Position numbers and translations under genes: made by a program. From Laetmonice hystrix (Eukaryota), in the NCBI GenBank assembly GCA_965235115.1, contig OZ249436.1:13208001-13272000 (forward strand): DNA of 64,000 nucleotides, written 5' to 3'. Each line of letters starts with the position of its first letter. Within the stretch, counting starts at the first letter, position 1. Under the pieces are notes generated by a model. The model had not been told where the DNA came from, searched no databases, and saw nothing but the letters and a program-made list of their open reading frames with translations. Positions 13,404 to 26,818 of this stretch are shown in pieces.

Positions 13404-16400
13404 TTCTATAGATTCGATCACTCCTTTTTTTCACATCACAAACACACACCCCCCACCCCTACCCCTCGCCCTACCGCTAAACCCGGCCGTACCCGCCTTC
13501 GAGAGATCTCATTCTATGTCCCTGTAGGTAAAGTCGTTTTGGCTTATTTTAATTAAAAGATTCATGGCACTTATTTCATATAGATTTTACAAATTGGCGA
13601 AAATACTGCTTGAATATAGTCTGGTAATTATGTTCCATAGTACTTGCCTGATTGCATTTCATGACTATTTTTTTTAAATATTTAAAAACCAGCAAATTTG
13701 GAATGGTTTTTTCTAGACCTGCAGCCCACCTACGCGATTACACCCTTTTCACAGAACGCGAGACTATAGCCGCAATCACGTGATCATCTCACCCGTTGCA
13801 ACGCTATGCATGCAGGTCCGTTCCACTAACGAAAGACGTCTTTAGCAAAGACGTCTTTGGAAAGATGTCTTTGCGGGGCCAATGTTAAAGAATAGGAGGT
13901 TAGTGGAACACCCGTCGCCGCAAAGACCTCTTTGGGCTCAGCGACCATTTCAAAGACGTCGTTCGGGCTTAGTGGAACGCACTGACATTCCCGATGGCGG
14001 AAGGCAGCGTTGGTTTTGCGTGTTCTCGACACGAAATGTGAAATGTGAAGGTGACAGTGCATTTCGCTGCTGTCTGTTTATAATACATAATGTATATTAA
14101 ACCCAGAAAGTATCCTCGGGACAGAAGGTGCATAGATTTTGACGAGGTAAGCGTGAAACCAGGCTGAACTGGCTTCCCGGAACGCTCAACCAGAGTGCCA
14201 TGATTCCTTTAATGAATTATCGACAAAGTTGTTGTGGTCTTTCTTTAACTATACTACTCTAGCTGTCTCAATATATGGTTATAAATTGTAGACACAGTCG
14301 TTTTTGGTCTTACACAGGTCTATATGAAACTGTAGTGCACTGCTATAGAATCCTGCATGCAGCTCCTATACATGTGGTTTACCCGACAGATGTGAGAGCC
14401 ACAGGAAATGTTTTGAGAGTGAAGGCACGTTTCCCATCACCAACCTTCCATGATCCCCCGCCCACGTGTATAGCTTCGCGTACGACGCAGTCTAAAATAA
14501 GACACACGTGTTAGGATGGTACGCCTACATGGCTGATGGCGTTATATAATCTACTCTCCTGAGTCTTCCATACCTTCTTATCATTCTTATCCTCATACCA
14601 TCTACAGTTTATGCTCTGTAGTGCTAGAGGTAGGGTTATTGGGTGGAGCCTCGGTTACAATGCTGTTCAGTTCTTGAACTGCATCAAATGAAACTTGGAT
14701 TTCGCAAAATTTGCCCTCTAATTAGTCCTAATACCTTAAACGACCCATACTAATACTAAAATACATTACTTATAAAAATCTTCAGTTTTTGACAGAGGGT
14801 TCTGTTAAAAAAGCAAAGCTGATTAGGTTTCAGTGAATCTGGTGAGACCGCAAGTCTGTAAGCTTAGGCATGTTCTCCGCTTAGGCATGTAGGCATATAA
14901 ACTCCTTGCAATATTTTGTGGAATCTGTTCATGCATACTTACATATTTTAGAGGTTCACACATGTTGTACACAGATGGAAATATTGAACCGTGGAAAACT
15001 TCAACTCATGCACAAATACTAATGTCTCACAACCAACACCTTAAAAAGCATCAGTGCGATAATTCTTATCAAGCTGCCTCGAGGGATTGACAGGACTGCT
15101 TTATAGGGCCGTACCTGGGGGGGGGGGGGGCAGGGGGCAGCTGCCTCCAGTAATCATGGTGAAAAAGTGCCCTTTTTACGAGCAGGTGCCATTTTTTAGC
15201 GTGTGAATTCATCCTTGTGATGCAGGGTGCCCTCCTGAACCTAGGTCTTGCCCCCCCCCCCAGCACTTTTAGGCTGGGTACAACCCTGCTTTATGGCATA
15301 ATACCAGGGCAGTATCTCTCCCTCTTCCATCGTTAAAGGGAGGGGACATCGACTACAGTGTTGCAATAAACAATGGGGCCAGAAAGTTCCCCCCTCCATG
15401 TTCATCTTGGTATATTACACGCCAATCTGGCCTGCCGACAGGAAGCCTGAAGGGGAGTACTTGTCCTGACCTGGATTCAGGGTACGCATGCGCAGGACGG
15501 TCCGACACGTAGGCCGACAGCCGACTGGCTGGGTCGGCTGTCGGCCGGTCTCACCCGGCGCTAAACGGTAAAAAATCAACCCAAGTCTGAGTGGGGAAAT
15601 CCGTGAAACAGGGCATCTGGGACCAGCATACAGGAAATACAGAGCATAGGAACAAGCTAGAGTGGTATAAATTCTGGTAATCCTAGCTCTAATTGTGTTG
15701 AGAAAATAAAACACCTTTGTGTAAACTAATGATTATTAATATTATTAAAACATTTCCTCCCGAAGAGGCAGTATTACAACTACGTAATAATTACCTATTG
15801 CCAATAATATTCAGGCTTCATACTGTGTTCATGACAGTATTAAATGTCTATGATGGGTATCATAATCTACTATAACCTTGTTCAACTACCCTTTTTCCTA
15901 CCATATATAAATCAGATCCAAATTCGAGAAAGAAAATGCATCTACATTATTGTCAAGGTAATCAAATAGGCATATGCTCGATCTGTATCAGCAAATTTTA
16001 CACATTTTCTTTATGGTGCGTCGTAACATGCAGTCGGCCCATATGATTATTTGCAATTTTTCCTCATAATAGTAAGGCTTGGTTGCTACAAGCTGCGGTG
16101 ACTCGGGTCATATATAAATAAATAGGAGGTAGGACGAATTTCGATGAGTGAGCAAAACACGGCCATTCACAATATGAAAACCATCGCGAATATTACCACA
16201 CGGAGGTCAGAACTCCAGTATATATCCTCCCGTATTTTATCAGGCTATACCAAACTTTTTGTGCCTAAGCCGCGCGCTGGAGAAAAGATGTGCCGCTATG
16301 AAAAATATAGTAGTTTTATCAGCTTAGTAAGCACTGATTGTCGACTCAGCTGTTTGTAGATTGTTCACCGAATATGATTCAGAGAATTATACATTTTCAA

Positions 16401-17980
16401 TACGCCTATCGATTACTTTGTCACATAAATAAGGGGAACTAAAGTTTTCTCTTCATTTAATATTTATTTAACATATTTTTATCAATGACCCAGAAGAAGT
16501 CACGTTCTGGTCTATTATTTTTATATTTACAGAATTAATTTGCTAATCATTGATTGCCATGTAAGATGTGACAAACCTGACGAGTTATAGGAGAGAACAA
16601 TGCTATTTCCCCTTGTATACATACACTCAGTTAAATTATGTCGGATCATAATCCTCCTATGGTTCCATTAACCTAATTGAAAGTCCTTAAACAAGTGTAT
16701 AGTCCTATACTGAGACCTCTCGAACCTCATTGCTGCCAGAGCTGACGCTGGTTTGGTGTTGCTGAGGTTCAGGTGGGGTCGAGCTCGATGCACTGTCTCA
16801 GTGCATACAATTATCTATGGTAACCTAATCGGTGAAGTTGGGGGCGGAGCAATACCTGACCTTGCCATCCACTTAAACCGACCCAGGATGACCTCAGTAC
16901 GAAAGCTTGAGTCTTCATTCGCCTTCCATGCGGGCAGGGAAACCCAGATTTGAGCGTTCGCCGCCGTGTTGTGCTCCCTCTCAGGCTCCATTAATCCAGG
17001 TTCAGTAACATACCACACCGACACAATCCACTGCTCGGAGATATTGTACTGCGGGTATCGGCCGCTAGAGGTCAGGGTGTTCGTGCTGGCACGTGGTGGG
17101 GTGGGGTCTAGCGGCCGGTCACGGGCCGGCCTGGTGATAGCAGGCCGCCGATACTGGGTCCATACCACGGTCCTCCCCCTCCCCCCGCCCACCGGCCCGG
17201 CCTGCCCCTTGTTAACCTGCGCCGTGCACGGCTCCGAGAAATCACTACCCTGCACACAGCAATGACATGATTTATTACCGCTTCCTAGTTTTTTAACAGG
17301 CGCCGATAACATCTCAGGCCCTGTGATTATCGTTTGAACACCAAACGAATCTACATATGCAACTTTCAACTCTGCCGGGAACTTCGATGGTTATTTGATT
17401 ATCTCTTATCAGTTCTGTTCGCCAGCGAAAAAAAAACCGAACTGTGTTCGAGTTGGCTGTGACCTGCAAGTGATACATGGATGTTATTCCTAGAATTATC
17501 ACACAGGAGGATTGTATCACTGTCCCCATCTCGGTCTTACTCAGGCGGCTCTGCCGACTTGACTGCTCGTTTTCCCCCTGACCCTGGGGGTTTTTACGGG
17601 TAATGCTACAGATCACCGCGCTTTTGAAGAATTCTAGGAATCCAGGACACGGCGTGGATACGAGCCGTGGTCGTGATGCTCGCTCTGAGTGAGCCGCTCC
17701 GGGTGCCGGGCGGTTTATTTTATTTTAGCGCACTTCGATTCAAAATACCTCCAATATTGTTTATAAGTTATCATATAGGTGTAAAGGTGTAAAGAAATAA
17801 CGGGATGCTCCTAGAAGTGGAGTGTTGGTAACTGAAGACGCCAGCTGGTACTCGCTATATATGGAACTTCCTAGAAGGCAGCGCGCTGTATTACTCCCAT
17901 GGTATATAGCGGCAATGTTGCTGCCATAGAGCCACCTTCAGACAGGAGGGTGAATATTCGAAAATACGTTTTTCACTTAC

Positions 17981-18097
17981 CCTTTGGATAGTCAGGGGTG
18001 CTTTAAAGTCCTTGCCACCCTGGAGACGAAACCCCCATGCCGTGGAGAGCGCGTCACGGTGCAGACGCACCGAATACTCTTTGAACGGGCCGGTCAT
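17981..18097 (-). CDS. Gene A exon 1: PDZ N-terminus of an ALP/Enigma (Zasp/PDLIM)-family protein
   Basis: accATG context; MTGPFKEYSVRLHRDALSTAWGFRLQGGKDFKAPLTIQR|gtaagt; WGFRLxGGxDF is the family hallmark. Confidence 0.95.
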
Positions 18098-21000
18098 GGT
18101 GAATGCGATGGCCCTACGCTCTCTCGTTGGCCATGCCCGGGCACACGCAGCCAAGGTCCGTCAACCACCGCCCGGGACCGACCCGACAACCGACCAACAG
18201 ACACACCGCCAGGTAATGCTCGCCACCCGAACGTTACCGAGCGCTGCCGAACACGTTCCGGGAAGTACCGATGTAACACGATAGCAGGAATCTAGGCGGC
18301 GGAGAATACGTGATGTAGACGTGGGAGGCCTGTCTCCCCGGAGCATCCCTGAGGCCAGCTAAACATAGTTCCATGCACAGCGAGGTCGGCGTCTTTTCCC
18401 CACAAATTGTCTTTAGTATTTCGCTGCAGCGCTGTATCGTACGGCAGTCCCACAACGAGAGATTATTTTATTTCTCGCGATTCTCTCTTGTAAATAAAGA
18501 GTTTAACCTTCTAAAATTTATAAGCATGACTTAGCCTACAACTGGTCAAATCAGCTATACATATAGATATCTTTCTACCTTTTATCACATAGACTTATAT
18601 TTTGTAACACTTTGCATGTTATACGAGTCTCTACAAGGGCATCGATAGTTATGCTTGAGATCAATTATTTTATGAGTAATGATGTAAAGAAAGATTCATT
18701 GATGTGTATACACTCATGTTGAGATTCCGTATCAGGTAGATTTGAAGAAGACCTGGCGGCTGTCTTCACGCGACCAGTGGCAGCTCTATCATCTCGAGCT
18801 GTATATTTATAGGTATGTAGTCCTGATCGAGAGTTATTCTTACACGCCCTCTCGTGGCTGACTCTCTCTCAAGGACGTGGAGAATATCGGAAGGCAGCCA
18901 CAAACAAGATGGACGATCCGGTATTGGGAGTGGTCGTTTCTAGGTTCTTATTGCTGATAGGGATGACCTTCAAAGATATCCACGACCCCTACGTGTATCA
19001 TCTACGTCTATCTGTGGTATACAGCCATTTGTGGTTGAGATTTAAAAACAAAATATTACACGTTTCTATGACGTTAATAACTTTATTTGCAAAGCCACAA
19101 CTGGGAACTGGGTATAGCTTTAAATCGACCGACTTTCTCCATCCTGGTGGACAGCGCTGTTATAGCGTTAGTCCTATAATGCACTATAATTCCTTGATAA
19201 TGATCAGTATGACATACAATACATACAATACATAGCCTCTTACTGCATACAGCAAGGAGTGTTATAACTATCGGAAATAAGAAACTCTATTGGTATACAT
19301 GTTGTACATCGACCGCGGTGTCACGAACAGACTTTGGAGAGCCTCACAGTCAGTTATATTTACACCTATACCACTAGGTGGCGTGTGGATCGGTCAGCCA
19401 GGCCTCTCATTCATGGCATCGATTTCAGCGGCGCAGACAACGGCCGGGCACGGCCTACACACTGTGTATCAAACAAAATCGTCCCAGCACAGACCTGTGT
19501 TTTGCCAACGCGACACCATTACACCATTACCTTTAAACCCTGTGCCTTGAAATGACGCTAACTGCAGGATGTTCCATGAATGAGAATAGTTCGATAAAAT
19601 TGCAGACTTTGCATTTATTGCTTGGCCTAAAACTCTTTCTACAAAACAAAATGCCTTTATAACTTTACCTTTACAATCAACCTGAAGCCAGCGATTTTGG
19701 AGGAGCAACAAAACTACTCAGAAGTATAAGAGAAAATACGTGGATTACATTTTAAACGGAGACAATAAGGAGGTCATATTATACACCGAATTCAGTAAAT
19801 TAGAGCCTTGTTAAACAGTAAATTAGAGCCTTGTTAAAGGGGCATATTATGAGGAAACGTTAAAAATCGGTATTTCATAGAACTTTTGCTGTGTTCATAA
19901 AGAGATCCTTCATTAAAATTGCTTGGTAAACAAAGACAGACTTATCAGTTTCATTTTGCGTGAGAAATCGAAGTTTATTAAGCTCCCTTGCCCGCTTCTC
20001 TGCCGATTTCGTAAAATATTTTTTGGGTGGCATTCTGATGCCGGGCGATCGAGTGCCACTGCTGAATTGTTTACAACTAAGCAAAGCACGTGACTAAGCA
20101 CATGCAGAGAGTGCACACGCAGAATGTGACACAGTATGCAATTATACACGGGTTGATGGGGGGTTGTCCGCCAAATTATGGCGGGAGATGTGCTATCGGG
20201 AGAAATCTACACTCTAAAAATGACTGGGTCGTTTTCGTAACCTAATTGCTGGGTCATCACTGCTGGGTTATGAGTTTGGGTTGAAGTTACCCAGTAGTGG
20301 TTACGGCCACGACCCAACCACTGGGTAAAATTATTGGGTAAACTCGTACTTAGTTAATTTAACCCTTGTGGGGTTATGATATCATATAACCCAGTGAATT
20401 GATCTGTGCACTGGGTTATTTTGACCCTAATGTTAGGTTATCCGTACAACTTTCTACACTTCGCGTCCAAATAGTCTAAGCGTAGATCTAGGCCTATTCA
20501 TGAGTAGGATAGGCCTACACTAGGCCTACAGTGTCACTTAGTCTTAGGTTGCATGGGCAAAAAGCCGGGCAAGGCCTTGGGCAGTAGGCCCTAGGCCTAG
20601 GCCTAGCCTGAAACTTAAAGCTAATTAGGCAATAGTCTGGGGTCCTTCCCCGATAACATTGCAAAAACCGAAGTTGGTCCCGAGCAGGGGGGGGGGGGGG
20701 TCCGGACCCCCGCCCCCCCCTCTCAGATGGATCCGCGCCCCGACGTGAGGAGGCCGTGTCTTACGGCTTACGTGTGCAGGCCTTCTCGTACGTAGGCCTA
20801 TCTAACTACGCGGTAGTTTAATTTGTGTAGCCTAAACCATGAAAATAAAATAACCTATCGTTTTGTTAGGCCGACCATTTACTGGGTATGTATTTAACCC
20901 AGCATCCTTGGTCAATTCTATCCAATCGTAGACACCGTAACAGTGACGTCATCTATAGCCAAAATAAGCCAATGACATATCATGTTAAAAAACCGGTTGA

Positions 21001-21384
21001 AACTCGCGATCTTTTGGGGAAAGATGGATCCACTAGAGGCGTGGCTCGCCAATGGCAATCTCTCGGCAATAGCACAAAGAATGAAAGGTAAGTATATTAA
21101 GAACTATAAGAACATTGTGTACTAGAGGTCCGTTCATTACATTCCTATGTATAAAAGAGTGTAGAAGTAAGATGGAAGTGGATTGATGTGTGCGATGAGG
21201 CCAAAGCCATGCCAGTTTGCATGGCGATTGTCGGTTATGGCGGTAGGATAGAAAGAGGCAGGACTAAATACTGACTTATTTGTGCGTTTTGGGCCTAAAT
21301 TATTACCTTTTTATAGTAGTACAAACATGTACATGATTATGTCTTGCCAGCAACTAAAAATACAGTAGCCGCTGCCTAGGCCTA

Positions 21385-21573
21385 CATAGGCGGATCCAGG
21401 GGGGGGGGGGTGTCGGCGACGTCCGGACCCCCCCTCCCCCTCAAATTTGCCAAATTTAATTTTTTATAACCAAAATGCCTTATTGTTTTTACAACGGACC
21501 CCCCTCGATTTGCCCTTTTTATGCTGGACCCCCCTCGGACCCCCCCTGAATGTAGACCCTAGATCCGCCCCTG
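21385..21573. mobile_element. MITE nested in the EnSpm-like element
   Basis: Ends CATAGGCGGATCCAG ... CTAGATCCGCCCCTG, flanked by the 6-bp direct repeat GGCCTA (21379-21384, 21574-21579). Confidence 0.7.
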
Positions 21574-22137
21574 GGCCTAGCATAAATTGAGTGATGACTG
21601 CATGACTGATCACGAAGACCATGCAGGCTTAGCCGCCGACGGTTTCGGCACCCGGCCTTTCTTGCACCCCTACCGTACGTGACGTCACAATGCCCGTCCC
21701 GCATTTCCTGGTCTTGATAGGGTAGTACCAGCAAACAGTAACGTTAGAATCTTTATGTGTTATAAAACTTCAGCCGTGCTAGTTTAACCTAAAGCAGGCC
21801 AGTCTTTCTTGTAAATCTGGTAATATTTTCGTTGAATTATTATAATTAGGTCTAGTGTAAGTAGGTCATTTCTATGAAGTGCCCCTTGTAAATCTACAAA
21901 AGCTGCCTTCTTTTGAACAGTACAACAGACAATGCCAGGCAAATGTATAAAATTAGAAAAGCATTTAATCTTATTACCCTGTCCTTAATTGATTCAAATT
22001 TTTTTGTAGATCCACTTCAGAAAGCAGTGATCATTGATTTATATTATATATGAAATTAAAAAAAAGAATAAATTAAAAATAAAATAGGGGTAATCGGTGC
22101 TCTTTTTAAAATTGACGACACAATTTACTTTTTTCAG

Positions 22138-22253
22138 ATCAAGGAATTGAAGATGTGCAGACACTTCGCCAATTAACGGAAGAAGAGTTGAAGGAACTTG
22201 TCTCCAAAATAGGAGAGAGGGTGCACCTTAAGGCAGAGCTGAAAAAGTTGAGG
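22138..22253 (+). pseudogene. Transposon-borne exon encoding the C-terminal half of a SAM-like domain
   Basis: ttttcag|AT CAA ... TTG AGG|gtatgt; DQGIEDVQTLRQLTEEELKELVSKIGERVHLKAELKKLR fits the SAM pattern LxxLTEExLxELxxxxGxRxxL. Confidence 0.65.
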
Positions 22254-22278
22254 GTATGTTTCCTCCACAGCCTTTAAA

Positions 22279-22935
22279 ATGTTTGTGTGCTTCAAGTGCC
22301 ATGGGTCATGTACCTCTAGTCAAGAACTGGTTAGGCATTTAAGATAAATTCATGGACTGGGACCGAACTACCCATACTTCATGTGCTATCAAAATGGATG
22401 ATACAGGACATTCCGCTTTTCATCCTCATTTAAGAGACATCTTGGCAAAGCACATGGTCCTTCAGGCACTAATAACATTCAGCCAGAAGTATCTCTGCCT
22501 GCAGTTCATGTTGAGGAGCCAGTCGACAGCAATGCTGAAGTTGAACATGATAACTCTCATTCTGAAAGTCAAGAAGACGATGAACAAGTTAAGACTGAAA
22601 GTTATCAGGCGTGCTGTCACAGAGGAGAGTTCGATTTGCAAGCATCTGCTGCTGCACTGCTTTCAAGAATGAGAGCTTCTAACTCTGTGTGTTCAACAAT
22701 AGGAAATGTAGTTGATGGTGTGACTTCAGTTATGGGGGAAGTTGTGCAAGATCTAAAGCTCAGAGTAACAGAAACAATGCAGAAGTCTGGTGTTAATTTG
22801 GATGATGACACGGTTCAGGAGTTGTTAAAAAAGATGGACGAATATTCCAAACCATTCCATGGGTTAGAGACACCTAGCCAGCAGACAAAGTATTTCATGA
22901 CATCAGGCGCATATATAAGACCAACAACTGTGCCT
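22279..22935 (+). pseudogene. Decayed N-terminus of an animal EnSpm-type transposase with two C2H2-like fingers
   Basis: MFVCFKC...HLR*IH...CYQNG*YRTF...FKRHLGKAH...KPFHGLETPSQQTKYF...YIRP; in-frame stops at 22345 and 22399; truncated. Confidence 0.65.
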
Positions 22936-23242
22936 AGAAATGGGGTTTTTGTTTGGGTTACTTTAAATGTTAATCTTTATCAGGTTTTGTTTTTTATAGA
23001 AATTCATAGAAATCAGACATGGTCACCAGGGATATCCTGGAGGTAAATCCGCATGGAATGACCCATATACTGCTATATGAGAATCTTAAAACCTTTTTCT
23101 CTTGAGCAGTATTCAATGGCCCGTTTCACAATGTTTCGTTACTTTTTTATACTGTTGTGTATTTTGATAGAGGGTTTAACCAAACCACAATGAAACGACG
23201 ATTTTGAAGTGGTCCCAAGGTTTGCTTTTATCCAGCTACTTG

Positions 23243-23480
23243 GAATCATTGTATCCTGGAACAGCTGATGTAATTCTGTGTGAATCATTGTATCCTGGAA
23301 CAGCTGATGTAATTCTGTGTGAATCATTGTATCCTGGAACAGCTGATGTAATTCTGTGTGAATCATTGTATCCTGGAACAGCTGATGTAATTCTGTGTGA
23401 ATCATTGTATCCTGGAACAGCTGATGTAATTCTGTGTGAATCATTGTATCCTGGAACAGCTGATATAATTCTGTGTGAAG
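23243..23480. repeat. 39-bp minisatellite, 6 copies, inside the transposon
   Basis: Unit gaatcattgtatcctggaacagctgatgtaattctgtgt. Confidence 0.95.
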
Positions 23481-24539
23481 ATTAAAATGTTCTTAAGTAT
23501 TTCAGATGATGTTTATTTTTTTAGTTTATTCCTGCTGCAGGTGATCAGAGACCCGATGACCCAGTAAATCTGGTGGTTTCAACCTAATACTGGGTTTATA
23601 ATGGAGTAAAACTGCAACCTTCTCTTGGGTAGTATTTTACCCAATTTTGGGTTGACCAGGTTTAACCCAAAATAAAGTTAGCTGAATATTGACCCATTAT
23701 TGGTTCAATTATGGTTAACCCAGTAAATGTTGGTTATTTTTTTACCCATCTTTTGGTTATTCTGTATAACCCAAGTATGGGTTGTTCTAATCCTGACCCA
23801 AGACCTGGGTTACGAGAAAACGACCCTAAGAACTGGGTTGTTATGGTCGTAACCCAGTCCTTGGTTGTTACACAATGACCCAGTACCTTGTGGTAAAATC
23901 AACTAAATCCTGGGTAGGCTGAATATTGACCCAGCATAGTGTTATGTTTTTGGGTTAATTTCAACCCAGTCATTTTTAGAGTGTATAGGTTTGGTCGTAT
24001 AGAACCTACTTGTGCTGCATACGCAGCGAAAACACGTCGGAGGACAAAATGCTGTGGTAGGATTTTTACTTGGATCCCTAGTACACGGTCATGTTGGATA
24101 ATTGCCGGAAATCCTCAAAAACGTGTTTCATAGCATGCCCCTTTAATACTCCTGTCTCCTGTAATTATGAAAACAATCCTGAACGATTTTCTGAGACATA
24201 AACTGACTGACATGGCAAGCGTAAAACTGATTTGATCTCATAGAGGGAGCACACGGCAACGATATCATCTACTATGATGCCCCCTGGCGGCATACGTTTA
24301 AAGCTCACTGAAACAGTCCGATCGACAGGCAACAAAGGCTTATACTATTGTACTTAACAGGTTTTAAAACTTTACGGCGAAAAAAAACAGTCCGAGAGAT
24401 GGAGACATGTTGTTTTAGGTAAAGGGAATTATATTTAGATCAATTGGACACTTTTAGAAGCTGAACAACTTTAACCGAATTTAACAAGACCTAAAACACG
24501 TTATGGGGCCATTATGACCGCGGGACGAGGGCGAGAGCC

Positions 24540-24666
24540 AGAGAGAGGGGGAGAGAGAGACAGACAGAGACAGGCAGAGAGGGAGAGGGAGACAGACAGA
24601 CAAAGACAGACAGACAGAGAGGGAGAGGGAGACAGAGATGGAGAGACTGAGGGAGAGGGTGAGAGA
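24540..24666. repeat. GA/GACA compound microsatellite
   Basis: Read directly. Confidence 0.9.
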
Positions 24667-25317
24667 TTGGAGATTGGATGTTTTGTTGGGGATACCTTAA
24701 ATACTGGGCTACTGTGATATATTAGCAGTCTTCGAGAGATCGACCTCTCTTGCTTTTATGCAATCGATAACGACTCTCTCTAGTAACAAAACAGTGTTTA
24801 CTGCAGAGCTGGCGTGTTTCAGTTTGGCCAGGTCACTAGAGAATTACGGGTCTTGTATTAAATAAAACATTTCACTGTGACCACCAGACAGGTCTAAACG
24901 CCAGTCGACAGGCAGAGAATGTTTCCAGTCTGATAGGTGTCACCATGCAGCACCTGTAAATCAAAGATACCACATAGATCTTACTGAGTTTAGGCCCCGA
25001 CATTATTGATGAGGCTTTCACCGTGCGGGTTGTTACGGTTGTACGAGGTAACTGACAGCTTCCCGAAAGGTTCTTGCTATCCCACCAGGGGCCGGTTCCT
25101 AACCGATACACTCTCCCCAACTTTTTCTCTCCCTTTTTTAGAACTACAGAGGTCTCAGCCTATAAGTTGCTTTGACCCGTCACTGTGGTCCTCACACCCA
25201 CGCCCCTGGCCGTCCCGTAATCTACGTGGGCGGGAATACATCCCTATAGAGAAGACCTATTCCAGGCTCTCATATTGTCAAGGCGATAAAGGATTTTCTT
25301 ATGACATTATTATAAGA

Positions 25318-25775
25318 TATGACTGTCATTCCTATAGCTGTATGCCCGTCTATCGTCTATGACTGTCATTCCTAGCTGTATGCCCGTCTATCGTCTATGA
25401 CTGTCATTCCTAGATGTATGCCTGCCTATCGTCTATGACTGTCATTCCTAGCTGTATGCCCGTCTATCGTCTATGACTGTCATTCCTAGCTGTATGCCCG
25501 TCTATCGTCTATGACTGTCATTCCTAGCTGTATGCCCGTCTATCGTCTATGACTGTCATTCCTAGCTGTATGCCTGTCTATCGGCTATGACTGTCATTCC
25601 TAGCTGTATGCCCGTCTATCGTCTATGACTGTCATTCCTAGCTGTATGCCCGTCTATCGTCTATGACTGTCATTCCTAGCTGTATGCCCGTCTATCGTCT
25701 ATGACTGTCATTCCTAGCTGTATGCCCGTCTATCGTCTACGACTGTCATTCCTAGCTGTATGCCCGTCTATCGTC
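25318..25775. repeat. 38-bp minisatellite, about 12 copies
   Basis: Unit tatgactgtcattcctagctgtatgcccgtctatcgtc. Confidence 0.95.
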
Positions 25776-26432
25776 CCTTCTCTATCCCCAGTAAGGACCA
25801 AGTGCACAGCTTACAATAATGTATTTTTGAAGGAATGCCTGCGAGTAGTGTACTAGACCGGAAGTGTGTGGCTTACGATCGCCGTTTTCCGTGGAATAGA
25901 TGAGTTTGTGTTGGCCAGTGGTGGAATGTTTTCGAGAGGTTGCTGAGGCAGCACATCGCAGACCCTCGCCTGAAAGTGGCGCGTTTTACATACTTCACGT
26001 GACCCCAAAGATTAGTGGAGGCGGTCCCTCGCGGGCCGAATTCTACCCCCCCCCCCTTCCACGTTCGGCATTAGACACCTTAGTGTAGGCCTAATTTCTG
26101 TGAATTTAGAATTTAATGAGTGTAGATCACTGTTACACCCTTCCGTATAGACCTAGATCTATATACATGTACCGTAGTCTGGGGGGGGGGGGGGGGGATA
26201 AGAGGGCACTGCCCCCTGGGATTTCCCGTTTTTAAAAATTATTATTGGGCCGGATCCCCAACATTGACACTGGAATTGACACCTGAATTGATTCAGGAGA
26301 CATGGCCCCTCATTGCGTATTTGGGTCAGACTACAACCCTGTATACGGATGTAGAACTAGGTGGGGCTGGAACACTAGACTGCCTGGCGTGTCTGTGAAA
26401 TATATTTGATTATAGGCACTATTAGGCGTTTT

Positions 26433-26480
26433 ATGAATGAATGAATGAATGAATGAATGAATGAATGAGTGAATGAATGA
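26433..26480. repeat. (TGAA)n microsatellite
   Basis: Read directly. Confidence 0.9.
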
Positions 26481-26818
26481 GCACAGTGGCTGTGACAGCC
26501 ACACCTCTTGGTTAGGATAGCCCCTGTACATAGTAAACTTTCAACAGATCCGTGAAAAAACTCCAGCAAAGATCCACGCACGCAGTCTCGTGAGATCCGT
26601 GCCAAATGTTTCCATGGTTACCGCTGAGGCATGGAGTTTCTATTTCGGGAATTTCAGCATGCACCACAGAATCTTGCTGTGGGATAATTTCGCGGACTCG
26701 CTGGGCACCATTGGGTATAACAGCTGGTCCTGTGGCAATCATCGGGAAGGTGGCGTGTTTGGATCTCAGCAATCTGAGATCACCAGGGTACGGTGTCATC
26801 AGTGTCTACAGGAGAAGT

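Larger units (their letters stand above)
20210..23983 (+). mobile_element. EnSpm/CACTA-like DNA transposon, internally deleted
   Basis: Perfect 20-bp TIR CACTCTAAAAATGACTGGGT / ACCCAGTCATTTTTAGAGTG, TA on both flanks, dense subterminal TGGGT/ACCCA repeats, internal transposase-like and SAM-like remnants. Confidence 0.85.
19838..24142. mobile_element. TTAA-flanked non-autonomous DNA transposon (Kolobok-like), about 530 bp of its own sequence, split by the EnSpm-like insertion
   Basis: ttaa|AGGGGCATATTATGA ... TCATAGCATGCCCCT|ttaa: imperfect TIRs, TTAA on both sides. Confidence 0.65.

Noticed and set aside
13818..13982. Clustered AAAGACGTCTTT palindromes bounded by cgttccactaa/ttagtggaacg
   Set aside because: Looks like a small routine MITE; no target duplication or function can be supported.
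16815..17369. 184-aa minus-strand ORF in gene A intron 1
   Set aside because: No recognisable domain and no compatible splice sites; a GC-rich, probably regulatory stretch.
23139..23485. ORFs with 13-aa periodic peptides
   Set aside because: Translation of the 39-bp minisatellite; the ORFs at 31591-32408 have the same cause.
24872..24955. Acceptor-like tttacag|GTG on the minus strand upstream of gene A
   Set aside because: Stops quickly and has no matching donor, so a UTR exon cannot be supported.
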